DNA of 57,865 nucleotides, from the IMG/VR virus record IMGVR_UViG_3300030101_004515, positions 1 through 57,865 of that record, one strand, 5' to 3'. The translations under genes and the position numbers were made by a program. This DNA is from a virus. Its lineage: Duplodnaviria > Caudoviricetes. The number at the start of each line of letters is the position of its first letter. Within the stretch, counting starts at the first letter, position 1. Below the pieces are notes generated by a model that saw only the letters and a list, made by a program, of their open reading frames with translations, was not told the origin of the DNA and ran no database searches. This document shows, in pieces, positions 47,947 to 56,997 of this stretch.

Positions 47947-48393
47947 TTATATATCTTCTGATTCTCTAACGAAATCTTTATTAGCTTTCATGTAATTGTA
48001 GCAAAACTCGTAAACGTCTCCCGCTTCTTTTAACTCTTCAAAATCAAACCCGCTCCAGTCTGTAAAGTCCCCTTGATAAACCGGTGGCTTATTATTTGCT
48101 CTATCTTCTTCTGATTGGTATATCGCAAATAGTACGGCTACGTTCCATATCTTATGATCGCTTCTCGGTCTTTCGCTATGTATACCGCAGCTTTGAATAG
48201 CCAACACGTGATTTTCGTATGTCTGATCTGGATTATCTTGCCATTCTCCCTTATCTCTTGTAACGGTCACCTCTTTTCCTCTGTTTTCATAATGTGGGTC
48301 AGATTCATCAATATCTTCAGGAACCATAAAGCTTACTTCTTGCGTTCCTGTTTTAACCCAATGTTTAAATACAAATTTTCCTTTTAACGCCAT
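47947..48393 (-). CDS. hypothetical protein (fibre-associated)
   Basis: ORF track, 148 aa. Confidence 0.6.
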   Translation of the reverse strand: MALKGKFVFKHWVKTGTQEVSFMVPEDIDESDPHYENRGKEVTVTRDKGEWQDNPDQTYENHVLAIQSCGIHSERPRSDHKIWNVAVLFAIYQSEEDRANNKPPVYQGDFTDWSGFDFEELKEAGDVYEFCYNYMKANKDFVRESEDI

Positions 48394-48394
48394 G

Positions 48395-51300
48395 TTATTT
48401 ACAATTACAATTATTTAATTTTTCTTCTAATTCCTTAACTGATTCAATAAGCAATCCGATTACAGCATTATAATCAACAGTCTTATATTCTTCTGAACCG
48501 TTTAGACTTTGTTGCGTACCAACAACTGAAGGTAATACTTTTTCTAATTCTTGTGCAATAACACCTCCAGATGGCTTATCGTTTCTTTTATAATTAAACG
48601 TTACTCCGTTTATTTGTTTTAGCTTATCTAAAGCGTTGTCAATAACTTTAACGTCTGTTTTTAATTTTTCATCAGAAGCTACGGTAGTTGAATAACCGAT
48701 AACATCACCGTCAACATGTAAATCCCCATCAGCTTCTAGTCTCATTTCATTGTTACCGTTTACGTAAAAATCTGTTTGAGTATCAGCTGTAAAATGAATG
48801 TAATCTCCAGTGTCAATTCCAAACTTACCGCCTGCTGCATATGCACTACCTGCAATACTTAATGTTGAACTTGATCCAGCTCCTATTGTAACATCAACCT
48901 CTCCGTCAGTTGCGTGTTCGCCTTCTAAAACAAGACCAGCTGTTAACGCTGTGTTTGTTCCGTCACTTTCTGCAACAAAGAATGAAAGCTTACCTGCTTC
49001 ATCTGAATCGTCTGCCTCTGAAACTTCAGCTACTATTTTTGCAAAACTTGTTTGTGTTTGTGCCGCGTCATCTGCAATAAACTCGATTACTCCAATATCA
49101 TCTCCGTCAGCTCCAGCTGCACCTTTATCTTTTACAAAATGCAGTCTTGCTCCGTTTGCATCGTTTGTGGTGTTTTTAATTTCTATTAACGGGTCTTGTG
49201 AATTTGCTGATGTAAATGTTACAGTATCTTGTGTTATAGTTCCAAGTGATGTTATAGAGCCTAATACAAAATCTAGTGTATTATCACTGTCGTCATATGT
49301 TACACTAATACCTGTTTCAGTATTACTTCCAACCATTGCCCCTACAGTATCAGATATAGTTTCCGCAAGAGTAACGCCGTCTATAGTTATTGCATCGGCC
49401 TCTAATGTTCCGTCAACATCTACGTCTCCAGATATGTCAAGACTTGTTGCTTCAATTTCACCAGAAGCTTTTAAAGTTACGCCGTCTCCTCCTGCAACTC
49501 TAAATATTATTTGATCGTCAGTGCTAAATTTGATTTGATTGTCAGCGTCTCTACCAACAACTAAACTTGTGTTTAACATCGATGTTTGAGAAGTAAGCGC
49601 CGCTGCTAGCATTCCTGTTGAAACAGTTCCTGTATCTCCTGTACCTATTAAAGTACCTGATGCAGTTGGTAAAACTAATGCTGCTGAACTCGCCGCACTA
49701 TGTGGCGCTGCTTTTAATGTTTGATAATGCGCATTACTAACTTCACAATAAAATCTTATTTCTGCAACATTACCAGTACCTGTTCTAATTTGTACAGAAC
49801 CATCATTTATCGTAACCCCTCCTGATGAACCATTACCTCCTATAATCGCATTTCCAGTTGTTGTTACCGTATCTATATAAGCATCTTTCCATCTTGCGCC
49901 TGTTGTTCCTAAATCAACATCGCTATCGGATTGAGGCCCAAATATGTTATCAGCTAAATATACCTGTTCTACATTTGCTGCGTAAAAATGTATTTCATCA
50001 GCTGTTTCAAAATCTATTTTAGTTTGATCGTCCTCACCGATTTTTATATCAGTTGCTAATAAAGATGTGATGCCTGTTTGCGCAGCATCTATATTTATTA
50101 CTGAGTTAGATGCAGTTAATCCTGTTCCTGCAAATAAAGTCGCAACATCCGCAATAGCTTCTTTAGCGTGAGTTCCTGTTGCCCCACCATCTAGGAATAA
50201 TATATAATCTCCGTTTGCGATTGCAGCCTCTGAAGCCTCCGTTAAATCTACATTGAATGTTACATTACCCGTTGAACCACTAACATCCATTAAAGTACCA
50301 GCTACTGCTGATTGAACCATGTTACTAACATTAACAGATCTCATATGATAAACTTCTACTTTAGCTCCGTTAGGAACATTAGTATCAAAAGTTAGTGTAG
50401 TTCCTGATACAGCATACGTGTTATGATGCTGATAAACACCATCCATATAAACCATTAATTCATTTTCAGATGCTGCTGATGAACTTAAAGTATAAGCTGC
50501 TGTGCTTCCGTTACCCGTATATTCGTTTATTTCTACAGTGTTTGCACCAGCGGCTATCGTTATTGTATCAGTAGAAGCGTTTGTTGTTATTACAGTTCCT
50601 GTACCTGCTGCAAAGGTTAATGTGTCCGCCGTGCCATCTGCAACTATATTATCTTCCCCAGATACTGCTATTGTTTTAAATGCATCACCCGCTGCAGAAA
50701 CATCGAGTGTAATTGAATTATCTGCATTTGTAATTGTTACGTTGGTACCTGCTGTTAAAGTTGCCGCTGCTGGCCCACTTGTACCACCTATTAATAGCTG
50801 ACCGTTAGTGGTCATTGTTTCAGCTGCTAATGTATCAGTTCCGCTGTCTTGCGTTATAATAACTGCTTTGTCTGCAAAAGAAGTTGCATTTGTACCTCCT
50901 GATGATACTGCTAGTGTAGATGATAATCCGCTTGCATTACCTGTAACTGTTCCTTCTAAGTTTGCAACTAAAGTTCCAACCGCATAACCAGTTCCTCCTG
51001 TATTTACAGTTGTTGTTGGTGCTGTTTGTAAATCTTTAAATAATTTCCATTTACCGCTATCGCTTGCGTCTCTAAAAAACCCTGAATATAAATCTTGTGA
51101 ACCAGAAGTATCATATAAACCGTATATCCCTAAATCAACACTGTCTGAAGAGTTATTACCGCTACCTAAAATTATAAGTGGGTCTTCAACACTAAGGGTA
51201 GCTGTGTTTACCGTTGTAGTGTCACCCTGTACTGTTAAATCACCTGTTACCGTTAAATTATCACCTATAGTTACTTCTGATGTACCATGCCCTATAGTAA

Positions 51301-52591
51301 TTGCTGTTCCGCTCAATCCTGTACCAAGTGATATTGATTCACTTGAATTACCAGTATCAAATATCATATAAGCGTCACTGCCTTGCTTTATAGTCAATGC
51401 GTTTGCTCTATTATCAGTTAAAGCTATGTTTATGTCATTAGTTGCCGCTGATATACTATCCAGTCCTATATCTGCTACATTTGAAAAGTTATTACCAGAA
51501 ACGCTTAAGGTTCCACCTATGCTCACATTACCTGTTGTGGTAATGGAATCTATATAAGCGTCCTTAAAGTACAAACTAGACGTCCCTAAATCAACGTCGG
51601 AGTCTGTTGTTGGCTTAAGTACCCCGTCATCCAATTGAACTTGCGAAGTTCCGTCAATATCAAATATTATGCTATTGTCAGTACCGAAGTCTATATTGGC
51701 GTGAGAAGCGCCGTGTCCTACAGCTAAAGATGAATTGTAAACACTTGTTATAGCTGTTTGAGCGGGTGTAATTGCAATATCATTTGTATTTACTGTAATA
51801 CCTGTACCTGCCCCTGCTGATAAAACTGAACTTGAAGCTGTTAAACCGTTGCCTGCTAATAAAGCTACTAAATCAGATAATGATTCTTTTTTGGTAACTG
51901 AAGAGTCTGTTGCATCTAAGAATAAAATTAAATCTCCATTTGCTATAGCTGTTTCTGTAACAGAAAAAGTTGGAGCATCCAGTGAGGGCGACGTTAATGT
52001 TTTATTTGTAAGTGTATCTGTAGTAGCTAAACCAACAAGTGTATCTGTTGCGGCCGGCAGGGTTAATGTAACGTCTGCTGTTGATGCTGGTCCAATTAAT
52101 GTTACTTTATTAGTTCCATTATCGCTGTCTTCGAAAAATTCTAAAAATCCTGCGCTTGTTGAACCATTTTTTAATTGTGCCCCTGCGTTTATAATAGGTG
52201 TTGTAAGTGTTGGTGTTGTAAGCGTTTTGTTTGTCAAGGTATCAGTTGTTGCTCGACCAACAAGTGTATCTGTAGATGTAGGTAAAGTTATGGTACCTGA
52301 GTTTGATATTGTTGAAATTACAGGACTCGTAAGAGTTTTGTTTGTTAAAGTTTGTGTGCCTGTTAAAGTAACAACCGTATTATCTATAGTAAGAGTCGCT
52401 TCACCTGATGTTGCTCCACCACTTAATCCAGTTCCGGCTATTACCGCAGTAATATCAGCTCCTTCAAGTAAAGCGGCTTTTATACTAGACATAGTAAACC
52501 TTTTAGTTGCACCGCTTGCTGAGTCTATTCCTAGTACGCTATCGTTATCTGTTATACTGCTGTCTAATGAATACGAATCTATTTTTGCCAT
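48395..52591 (-). CDS. long tail fibre with C-terminal intramolecular chaperone (peptidase S74)
   Basis: SDEKLKTDVKVIDNALDKLKQINGVTF...GVIAQELE...VDYNAVIGLLIESVKEL; TDTLTNKTLT repeats. Confidence 0.9.
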   Translation of the reverse strand: MAKIDSYSLDSSITDNDSVLGIDSASGATKRFTMSSIKAALLEGADITAVIAGTGLSGGATSGEATLTIDNTVVTLTGTQTLTNKTLTSPVISTISNSGTITLPTSTDTLVGRATTDTLTNKTLTTPTLTTPIINAGAQLKNGSTSAGFLEFFEDSDNGTNKVTLIGPASTADVTLTLPAATDTLVGLATTDTLTNKTLTSPSLDAPTFSVTETAIANGDLILFLDATDSSVTKKESLSDLVALLAGNGLTASSSVLSAGAGTGITVNTNDIAITPAQTAITSVYNSSLAVGHGASHANIDFGTDNSIIFDIDGTSQVQLDDGVLKPTTDSDVDLGTSSLYFKDAYIDSITTTGNVSIGGTLSVSGNNFSNVADIGLDSISAATNDINIALTDNRANALTIKQGSDAYMIFDTGNSSESISLGTGLSGTAITIGHGTSEVTIGDNLTVTGDLTVQGDTTTVNTATLSVEDPLIILGSGNNSSDSVDLGIYGLYDTSGSQDLYSGFFRDASDSGKWKLFKDLQTAPTTTVNTGGTGYAVGTLVANLEGTVTGNASGLSSTLAVSSGGTNATSFADKAVIITQDSGTDTLAAETMTTNGQLLIGGTSGPAAATLTAGTNVTITNADNSITLDVSAAGDAFKTIAVSGEDNIVADGTADTLTFAAGTGTVITTNASTDTITIAAGANTVEINEYTGNGSTAAYTLSSSAASENELMVYMDGVYQHHNTYAVSGTTLTFDTNVPNGAKVEVYHMRSVNVSNMVQSAVAGTLMDVSGSTGNVTFNVDLTEASEAAIANGDYILFLDGGATGTHAKEAIADVATLFAGTGLTASNSVINIDAAQTGITSLLATDIKIGEDDQTKIDFETADEIHFYAANVEQVYLADNIFGPQSDSDVDLGTTGARWKDAYIDTVTTTGNAIIGGNGSSGGVTINDGSVQIRTGTGNVAEIRFYCEVSNAHYQTLKAAPHSAASSAALVLPTASGTLIGTGDTGTVSTGMLAAALTSQTSMLNTSLVVGRDADNQIKFSTDDQIIFRVAGGDGVTLKASGEIEATSLDISGDVDVDGTLEADAITIDGVTLAETISDTVGAMVGSNTETGISVTYDDSDNTLDFVLGSITSLGTITQDTVTFTSANSQDPLIEIKNTTNDANGARLHFVKDKGAAGADGDDIGVIEFIADDAAQTQTSFAKIVAEVSEADDSDEAGKLSFFVAESDGTNTALTAGLVLEGEHATDGEVDVTIGAGSSSTLSIAGSAYAAGGKFGIDTGDYIHFTADTQTDFYVNGNNEMRLEADGDLHVDGDVIGYSTTVASDEKLKTDVKVIDNALDKLKQINGVTFNYKRNDKPSGGVIAQELEKVLPSVVGTQQSLNGSEEYKTVDYNAVIGLLIESVKELEEKLNNCNCK

Positions 52592-52594
52592 TTT

Positions 52595-53053
52595 TTATTT
52601 GTTTTGTATTGTTTTAAACTTCTCTGCACCACGTGAACCGAAATATGCTACATATACCGTTATGAGAAGTGATTTTAAAAGATCAACCCAGCCACTATCG
52701 ACTTCAAAGTCTAATCCAGTTGAGTCTATAAATATTAATAAAACCATTGCAACAGTTAAAAAAACTAATGTCAATGGTCGTGTATTTTTTGAAAGCCATG
52801 AATCTGACTTCATATCCGCTTGCCATCTCTTCGATACCTCTTGCATTTCTACGGTGTCCTGATTTAGCAACGCTAATGCTTTTTCTTTGTCTTCTGCCGG
52901 TAACTCAGGATCTTTTTTAATTAGGTTTTTAACTAAACCAAAAACTCCTTTGTCCGGTAGTACTTCGCCTAAGCTTCCTATTATGTTAGATCCGGCGCCG
53001 GCTAAAAATTTACCGACGGCGGTATCTTTAAGTTTCTTCCTGTCTTTAGACAT
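52595..53053 (-). CDS. holin (3TM/GTA-type)
   Basis: RWQADMKSDSWLSKNTRPL, transmembrane segments, AYFGSRGAEK. Confidence 0.75.
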   Translation of the reverse strand: MSKDRKKLKDTAVGKFLAGAGSNIIGSLGEVLPDKGVFGLVKNLIKKDPELPAEDKEKALALLNQDTVEMQEVSKRWQADMKSDSWLSKNTRPLTLVFLTVAMVLLIFIDSTGLDFEVDSGWVDLLKSLLITVYVAYFGSRGAEKFKTIQNK

Positions 53054-53247
53054 TACTTTTTGCTTTTAACTATGTTCTTAACTTGTTTGACTTTAGTTTT
53101 AACATTCTTTACTTTGTCTTCAAGAACATCTGGTATATAATTGTCGTTGTCGTCTTTAGTAATTCCTTTTTTATTTAACCAAATCGATAGCGCTATTAAA
53201 GCGCCTCCAACAATTATTGCTGCTAGTACTATTAATATAAAATTCAT
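53053..53247 (-). CDS. small membrane protein
   Basis: N-terminal TM segment followed by DDNDNYIPD. Confidence 0.6.
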   Translation of the reverse strand: MNFILIVLAAIIVGGALIALSIWLNKKGITKDDNDNYIPDVLEDKVKNVKTKVKQVKNIVKSKK

Positions 53248-53251
53248 AAAT

Positions 53252-53407
53252 TTACTTTTTATAAGGGAATATTTTATTTAAGGCATCGCGTCTTCCCTCA
53301 CATCCGCATGGCACATTTAATCCTTTTGAGATTATATCTGTCATTGTTTTAATGCCCGTTGCTTTCGTGACTTTTTCTATTGAGTCACCTAATCCTCTTG
53401 ATTTCAT
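53252..53407 (-). CDS. small protein with CGC motif (51 aa)
   Basis: Manual ORF MKSRGLGDSIEKVTKATGIK...PCGCEGRRDALN. Confidence 0.65.
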   Translation of the reverse strand: MKSRGLGDSIEKVTKATGIKTMTDIISKGLNVPCGCEGRRDALNKIFPYKK

Positions 53408-53679
53408 TTTTTTCTACGTATTGATTTAACTCTTCTTGGCTTGCCTGCTGGTTGCCCTAGTCTTTTCTTTTCAGCTATCTTCTTTCTTTTTTCAGCCGCT
53501 GACATTTCCGAAGCCGTTTTTACAGTCTTGCTTGAAATTCTTTTGCTTGGCCTACAGTATGGCACTCCTCTCTTTTCGCCTTTACGTCTACCGCAAGGCT
53601 TGCCGGTACGCACGTCTATCCATTTTTCTTTAAACCAACGCTTAAGAGCAGCTCCTTCTTTTGTTTTACGTACAGCCAT
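53404..53679 (-). CDS. small basic protein
   Basis: LKRWFKEKWIDV...CGR...YCRPSKR. Confidence 0.7.
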   Translation of the reverse strand: MAVRKTKEGAALKRWFKEKWIDVRTGKPCGRRKGEKRGVPYCRPSKRISSKTVKTASEMSAAEKRKKIAEKKRLGQPAGKPRRVKSIRRKK

Positions 53680-53804
53680 TATTTTTTAGGTTTTGTGTGA
53701 CCACAGCCTTTTTTCTTTAAGGCTAAATGTTGTTTATATGTGTTTGCTTTATAGCCTTTGCCATTTTTGCAATACATCATATGAGGTTCAAAATTATTTT
53801 TCAT
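53679..53804 (-). CDS. small basic protein (41 aa)
   Basis: Manual ORF MKNNFEPHMMYCK...GHTKPKK, coupled to its neighbours. Confidence 0.5.
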   Translation of the reverse strand: MKNNFEPHMMYCKNGKGYKANTYKQHLALKKKGCGHTKPKK

Positions 53805-53917
53805 TTTTTCTTTTTCATAGATTTGATTAGCCTGTCTATTTTATTAGCTTGCATTTTATGCATGTTAGAAGCTTTTTTTAGTTGAGAAGATATTTCTCTT
53901 AATTTTTTTGCGTCCAT
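53801..53917 (-). CDS. small basic protein (38 aa)
   Basis: Manual ORF MDAKKLREISSQLKKASNMHK..., coupled to its neighbours. Confidence 0.5.
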   Translation of the reverse strand: MDAKKLREISSQLKKASNMHKMQANKIDRLIKSMKKKK

Positions 53918-54153
53918 TACTTTTTATCTAAAATTTTATTTACTCTGTTTCTAGTGCAAACCATTTTTTTTGCGTACGAAGGGTTCTTTTTTCTGTTGAA
54001 TACGTACTGCTGGTTTAACGAGCCTATAATAGCTCTCTTGTTTCCTTTACGGCTACTTATCATATATCTAGCAAGCTTTTCGCATGATAGCTCCTTAAAC
54101 TTTCCTTTAGCGTCAGGGTACTTGCTTTCTTTAAATTCAGGTCTTTTTGCCAT
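53917..54153 (-). CDS. small basic protein
   Basis: ORF track. Confidence 0.6.
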   Translation of the reverse strand: MAKRPEFKESKYPDAKGKFKELSCEKLARYMISSRKGNKRAIIGSLNQQYVFNRKKNPSYAKKMVCTRNRVNKILDKK

Positions 54154-54421
54154 GTTTTCTTCTTATAGCGTTTTTACATGATTTTGCGTAGGCTGCTTGC
54201 TGTGGTTTCTTTCCAAACCTAGATCGCTGCTCCATAACGGTTAGAATCTGTATTTTACGCGCAAAGGGCTTCCCGCTCTTTTTTACTTTAGCACACGTGG
54301 CTCTTGCGTCAGCCATAGTTGCGTATTTGATTCTAACAGTGTCTTTGGGGTTCTCATCCGTATACAATCTACGGCTAGAGCCTTTAGGCTTTTTGCCCGT
54401 ACCCGTTTTCGGATCAGCCAT
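54137..54421 (-). CDS. small basic protein
   Basis: RRLYTDENPKDTVRIKYAT motif. Confidence 0.65.
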   Translation of the reverse strand: MADPKTGTGKKPKGSSRRLYTDENPKDTVRIKYATMADARATCAKVKKSGKPFARKIQILTVMEQRSRFGKKPQQAAYAKSCKNAIRRKHGKKT

Positions 54422-54558
54422 TATTTCTTTTTCTTAGATGATTTTCCGTAATTAGCGGCTCCAACTTTTCTACACTTAGCTATAGCCCCACTCGCGTATG
54501 CGCTTGGAAATACCTTATATCTAGCTTTTACCTTATAATAACAAGCGTCTTTCGGCAT
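54421..54558 (-). CDS. small basic protein (45 aa)
   Basis: Manual ORF MPKDACYYKVKARYKVFPSAYASGAIAKCRK... Confidence 0.6.
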   Translation of the reverse strand: MPKDACYYKVKARYKVFPSAYASGAIAKCRKVGAANYGKSSKKKK

Positions 54559-54563
54559 AATAT

Positions 54564-54884
54564 TTATTGATCTTTTAATTTATTTAGCAAAGCCTGTACC
54601 TCTTCAAGCTTAGCCGTAATTTTCATTTGAAGGCCAGCTTCGAATTTTCCAGCCGGCTTTCCGTCTTTATATATCACAATCGTGGGAACGGATTTTATGG
54701 AAGTTTGCACCGCCTCAGACTGGTCTTCAACATAAGCATACTGTACTTTTACATTTCTTAATCTATCTAATCCTTTGTAGGCATTAGTAGAGTTCCATTT
54801 GTAATTAAAATGTACAACAGTCAAGTCTTGGCTAAACGCGCTGAATGATAACAATAGAGATAAAATTAAAATTATATTTTTCAT
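54564..54884 (-). CDS. exported thioredoxin-fold protein lacking CxxC
   Basis: Signal peptide (...FSAFS-Q), VVHFNYKWN, IKSVPTIVIYKDG. Confidence 0.65.
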   Translation of the reverse strand: MKNIILILSLLLSFSAFSQDLTVVHFNYKWNSTNAYKGLDRLRNVKVQYAYVEDQSEAVQTSIKSVPTIVIYKDGKPAGKFEAGLQMKITAKLEEVQALLNKLKDQ

Positions 54885-54888
54885 GATT

Positions 54889-55179
54889 TTAGTCTTTAAT
54901 TATTTCGAAAAGTTTTTCGTCTATCTTTTTTACTGTTTCGTCTATTTCCTCAACCTTTTCTTGTGTATTTATAATTGTTTCTCGAATTAACTGATCTTTT
55001 AGATCGTATTCGGTTCTTGAAACAGGCGGTTCTGGTAATTCTTTAGCTAACTGGATTTCTCCTTGCAGACTGTACCACATACCTGTTACAGTTACAATCA
55101 CCATACCGATTGTTATTAAATTCTCTACGCTAATATTGAATTTTTTCTTTTTGATTTCTTCTATATCTAGATCGGCCAT
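54889..55179 (-). CDS. membrane-anchored coiled-coil protein
   Basis: One TM segment followed by a coiled coil. Confidence 0.6.
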   Translation of the reverse strand: MADLDIEEIKKKKFNISVENLITIGMVIVTVTGMWYSLQGEIQLAKELPEPPVSRTEYDLKDQLIRETIINTQEKVEEIDETVKKIDEKLFEIIKD

Positions 55180-55183
55180 TTTT

Positions 55184-55327
55184 TTATTTATTTTTTTGTT
55201 GTCTTAGCATTTTAAAATCAGCTCCAGTTATTTGGTTAAAAGGAGGTGCCATTGCAGCTATTCTCTTCTGCTTCGGCGAAAGGACTTGAGATCCGTCTAA
55301 GTCCATGTTTTCTTTTTTTTCTTTCAT
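55184..55327 (-). CDS. small hypothetical protein
   Basis: LSPKQKRIAAMAPPFNQITGADFKML; likely start at 55327. Confidence 0.55.
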   Translation of the reverse strand: MKEKKENMDLDGSQVLSPKQKRIAAMAPPFNQITGADFKMLRQQKNK

Positions 55328-55337
55328 TTTAAATTTG

Positions 55338-55625
55338 TTAACAGTTCCACTTTCTTCTTGCAGCTTTGCCTCTTTCTGAAGTCCAGCTTCGAGATCTAGC
55401 ACAAAATGCTTTTCTACGCTTATAAGCTTTACTTCCCTTCTTAAGTTTAGAAGGAGGAGTAGTTACTGCGGTTTTGAGTTTACTTCCTGGGTTATCGCGT
55501 CTGTACTTAGCGACACCCTTAGCGGTCATACCACCTCCGGCTTTTTTACCTCTGCCTTTGCCTTTTTTGACTTTAGCGTAATATCCGAGTGATTTCTTTC
55601 TAGAGGGCGCGTTTTTTCTAGCCAT
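55338..55625 (-). CDS. highly basic protein
   Basis: GGMTAKGVAKYRRDNPGSKLKTAVT...RRKAFCARS...RKWNC; start at 55625. Confidence 0.7.
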   Translation of the reverse strand: MARKNAPSRKKSLGYYAKVKKGKGRGKKAGGGMTAKGVAKYRRDNPGSKLKTAVTTPPSKLKKGSKAYKRRKAFCARSRSWTSERGKAARRKWNC

Positions 55626-55801
55626 TATTTTCTTTTGCCCATGCAAATGCTCATGGCTCTTTTGTTGCCCTTATCAGATTTTCCTATATTCAAGTGCATA
55701 ACCTTATTTTTTCTTTTTCTTTTTCATGGTTTTTTTAGTAAGTTTTTTCATTTTCTTACCTTTAGTACCATAACCGTATTTTCCTGGCATAATTTTAAAA
55801 T

Positions 55802-56242
55802 TTATCTGTTATTATCCTTTATCATATCGTCTATGGACTTGTTGTATACTTTGTCCCGATACGATTTGTTTTTGTAGAATATACTTTTGCTTCCCGTCGG
55901 CAGATCTTCTTCGCCTAATAGTACTTTATATATTCTGGTAATTAGCTGTTTACATTTAAATGAAGTAGTGTATATGGCATATTTTTGCTGAGAACCAGCG
56001 CGTTGTCTCCATACATCTATCCATCCCTCTCTTCTTAATCGCTCCCACCTGTCTTTATCCCAAGACATTGTATATACGCCATTAATAAAATCATTACGCG
56101 TAAATCGTGTTTTGCAATCTAAATATATCAATAATTCTAAATCGGCGTCGCTCAAACTGTATGTCTTGCACGCCCATTTTCTAACTAACCTATAGTATTT
56201 TAATATATTTAATTCTCTTAAATCGTTAGGTGTTAGCCTCAT
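55802..56242 (-). CDS. winged-helix (MarR-like) DNA-binding protein
   Basis: YSLSDADLELLIYL...RLRREGWIDVW...IYTTSFKCKQLI. Confidence 0.55.
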   Translation of the reverse strand: MRLTPNDLRELNILKYYRLVRKWACKTYSLSDADLELLIYLDCKTRFTRNDFINGVYTMSWDKDRWERLRREGWIDVWRQRAGSQQKYAIYTTSFKCKQLITRIYKVLLGEEDLPTGSKSIFYKNKSYRDKVYNKSIDDMIKDNNR

Positions 56243-56244
56243 AT

Positions 56245-56288
56245 AAAAAAAGACCTACAGGCCCAGCTCGTGAGCCCGTCTGTGGTCT
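56245..56288 (-). terminator. rho-independent terminator-like hairpin
   Basis: Minus strand AGACCACAG...CTGTAGGTCT stem followed by T7. Confidence 0.7.
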
Positions 56289-56297
56289 TATTGATTA

Positions 56298-56648
56298 TTA
56301 AGCGTCAAGCGCAATTGCACATGCAGTTATGTTAGAATTTGCATAAATGCTGTTTACGTCGTCAGCTATTACTGTATAGTTTAAAGTATTCTTAGGATAC
56401 TTAGTAGCTTGGTTGATTGCGTCAGCAATCGCGATCATTACTGTTTTCTCAGTGTCAGCAGTAACAGTTAACGTTACAACATCTACAGAGGCAGCCTGAC
56501 CGTCACCTAAACTACCTGGTGCAAACTTTACAAGTACTGCTCCATCAGAAGCACAAGTTACAGACTGTAGCTTGCTTACCGGGAACATCCCCGCGTCATC
56601 AGCCGCGTCGATGAATACTAAAAAGTGTTCGTGGTTATTTAAAGCCAT
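56298..56648 (-). CDS. hypothetical protein, possibly structural
   Basis: ORF track, Ala/Asp/Val rich, followed by a terminator. Confidence 0.65.
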   Translation of the reverse strand: MALNNHEHFLVFIDAADDAGMFPVSKLQSVTCASDGAVLVKFAPGSLGDGQAASVDVVTLTVTADTEKTVMIAIADAINQATKYPKNTLNYTVIADDVNSIYANSNITACAIALDA

Positions 56649-56739
56649 GATGTATAAATTTGAAAGTTAAACAAAATTGTTTGGTTAGTTTTTCAGTAAC
56701 CGTCTTAAGTTTTTAGTTTATGGTATGTGGCCTAAGGTA

Positions 56740-56997
56740 TTAACCGACTAACACAACATCTTGTTGTCTTATAACTTGGTATAAGTTATTGTCGTATTCT
56801 ATTCCGTGTCCCGCTCTCCTGTCGTAATAAATTATGTCATTTTCCTTGACTCCTTCTGTCATATTGCCTACAGATACAATTTTCGCCTTTAAGTACCTAA
56901 CGTCATCTACGTGTTGGTCCATTATAAGTAAACCCTCTTCTTTCTTAGGTTCTTCTTTGATCGGCTCAATTATAATAAAGTTATTGATTGCCTTCAT
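56740..56997 (-). CDS. groES: co-chaperonin GroES
   Basis: MKAINNFIIIEP...GLLI...AKIVSVG...VKENDIIYY...VIRQQDVV; adjacent to groEL. Confidence 0.85.
   Translation of the reverse strand: MKAINNFIIIEPIKEEPKKEEGLLIMDQHVDDVRYLKAKIVSVGNMTEGVKENDIIYYDRRAGHGIEYDNNLYQVIRQQDVVLVG

Noticed and set aside
43847-52591. Diversity-generating retroelement or invertase shufflon acting on the fibres
   Set aside because: No reverse transcriptase or invertase; the duplicated block differs at synonymous sites rather than adenine-specifically
48810-52862. Long + strand ORFs (48810..49514, 50502..50801, 51849..52862) opposite the tail fibre
   Set aside because: Antisense shadow frames expected from Thr/Ala/Gly/Asp-rich codon bias; low-complexity products with no motifs
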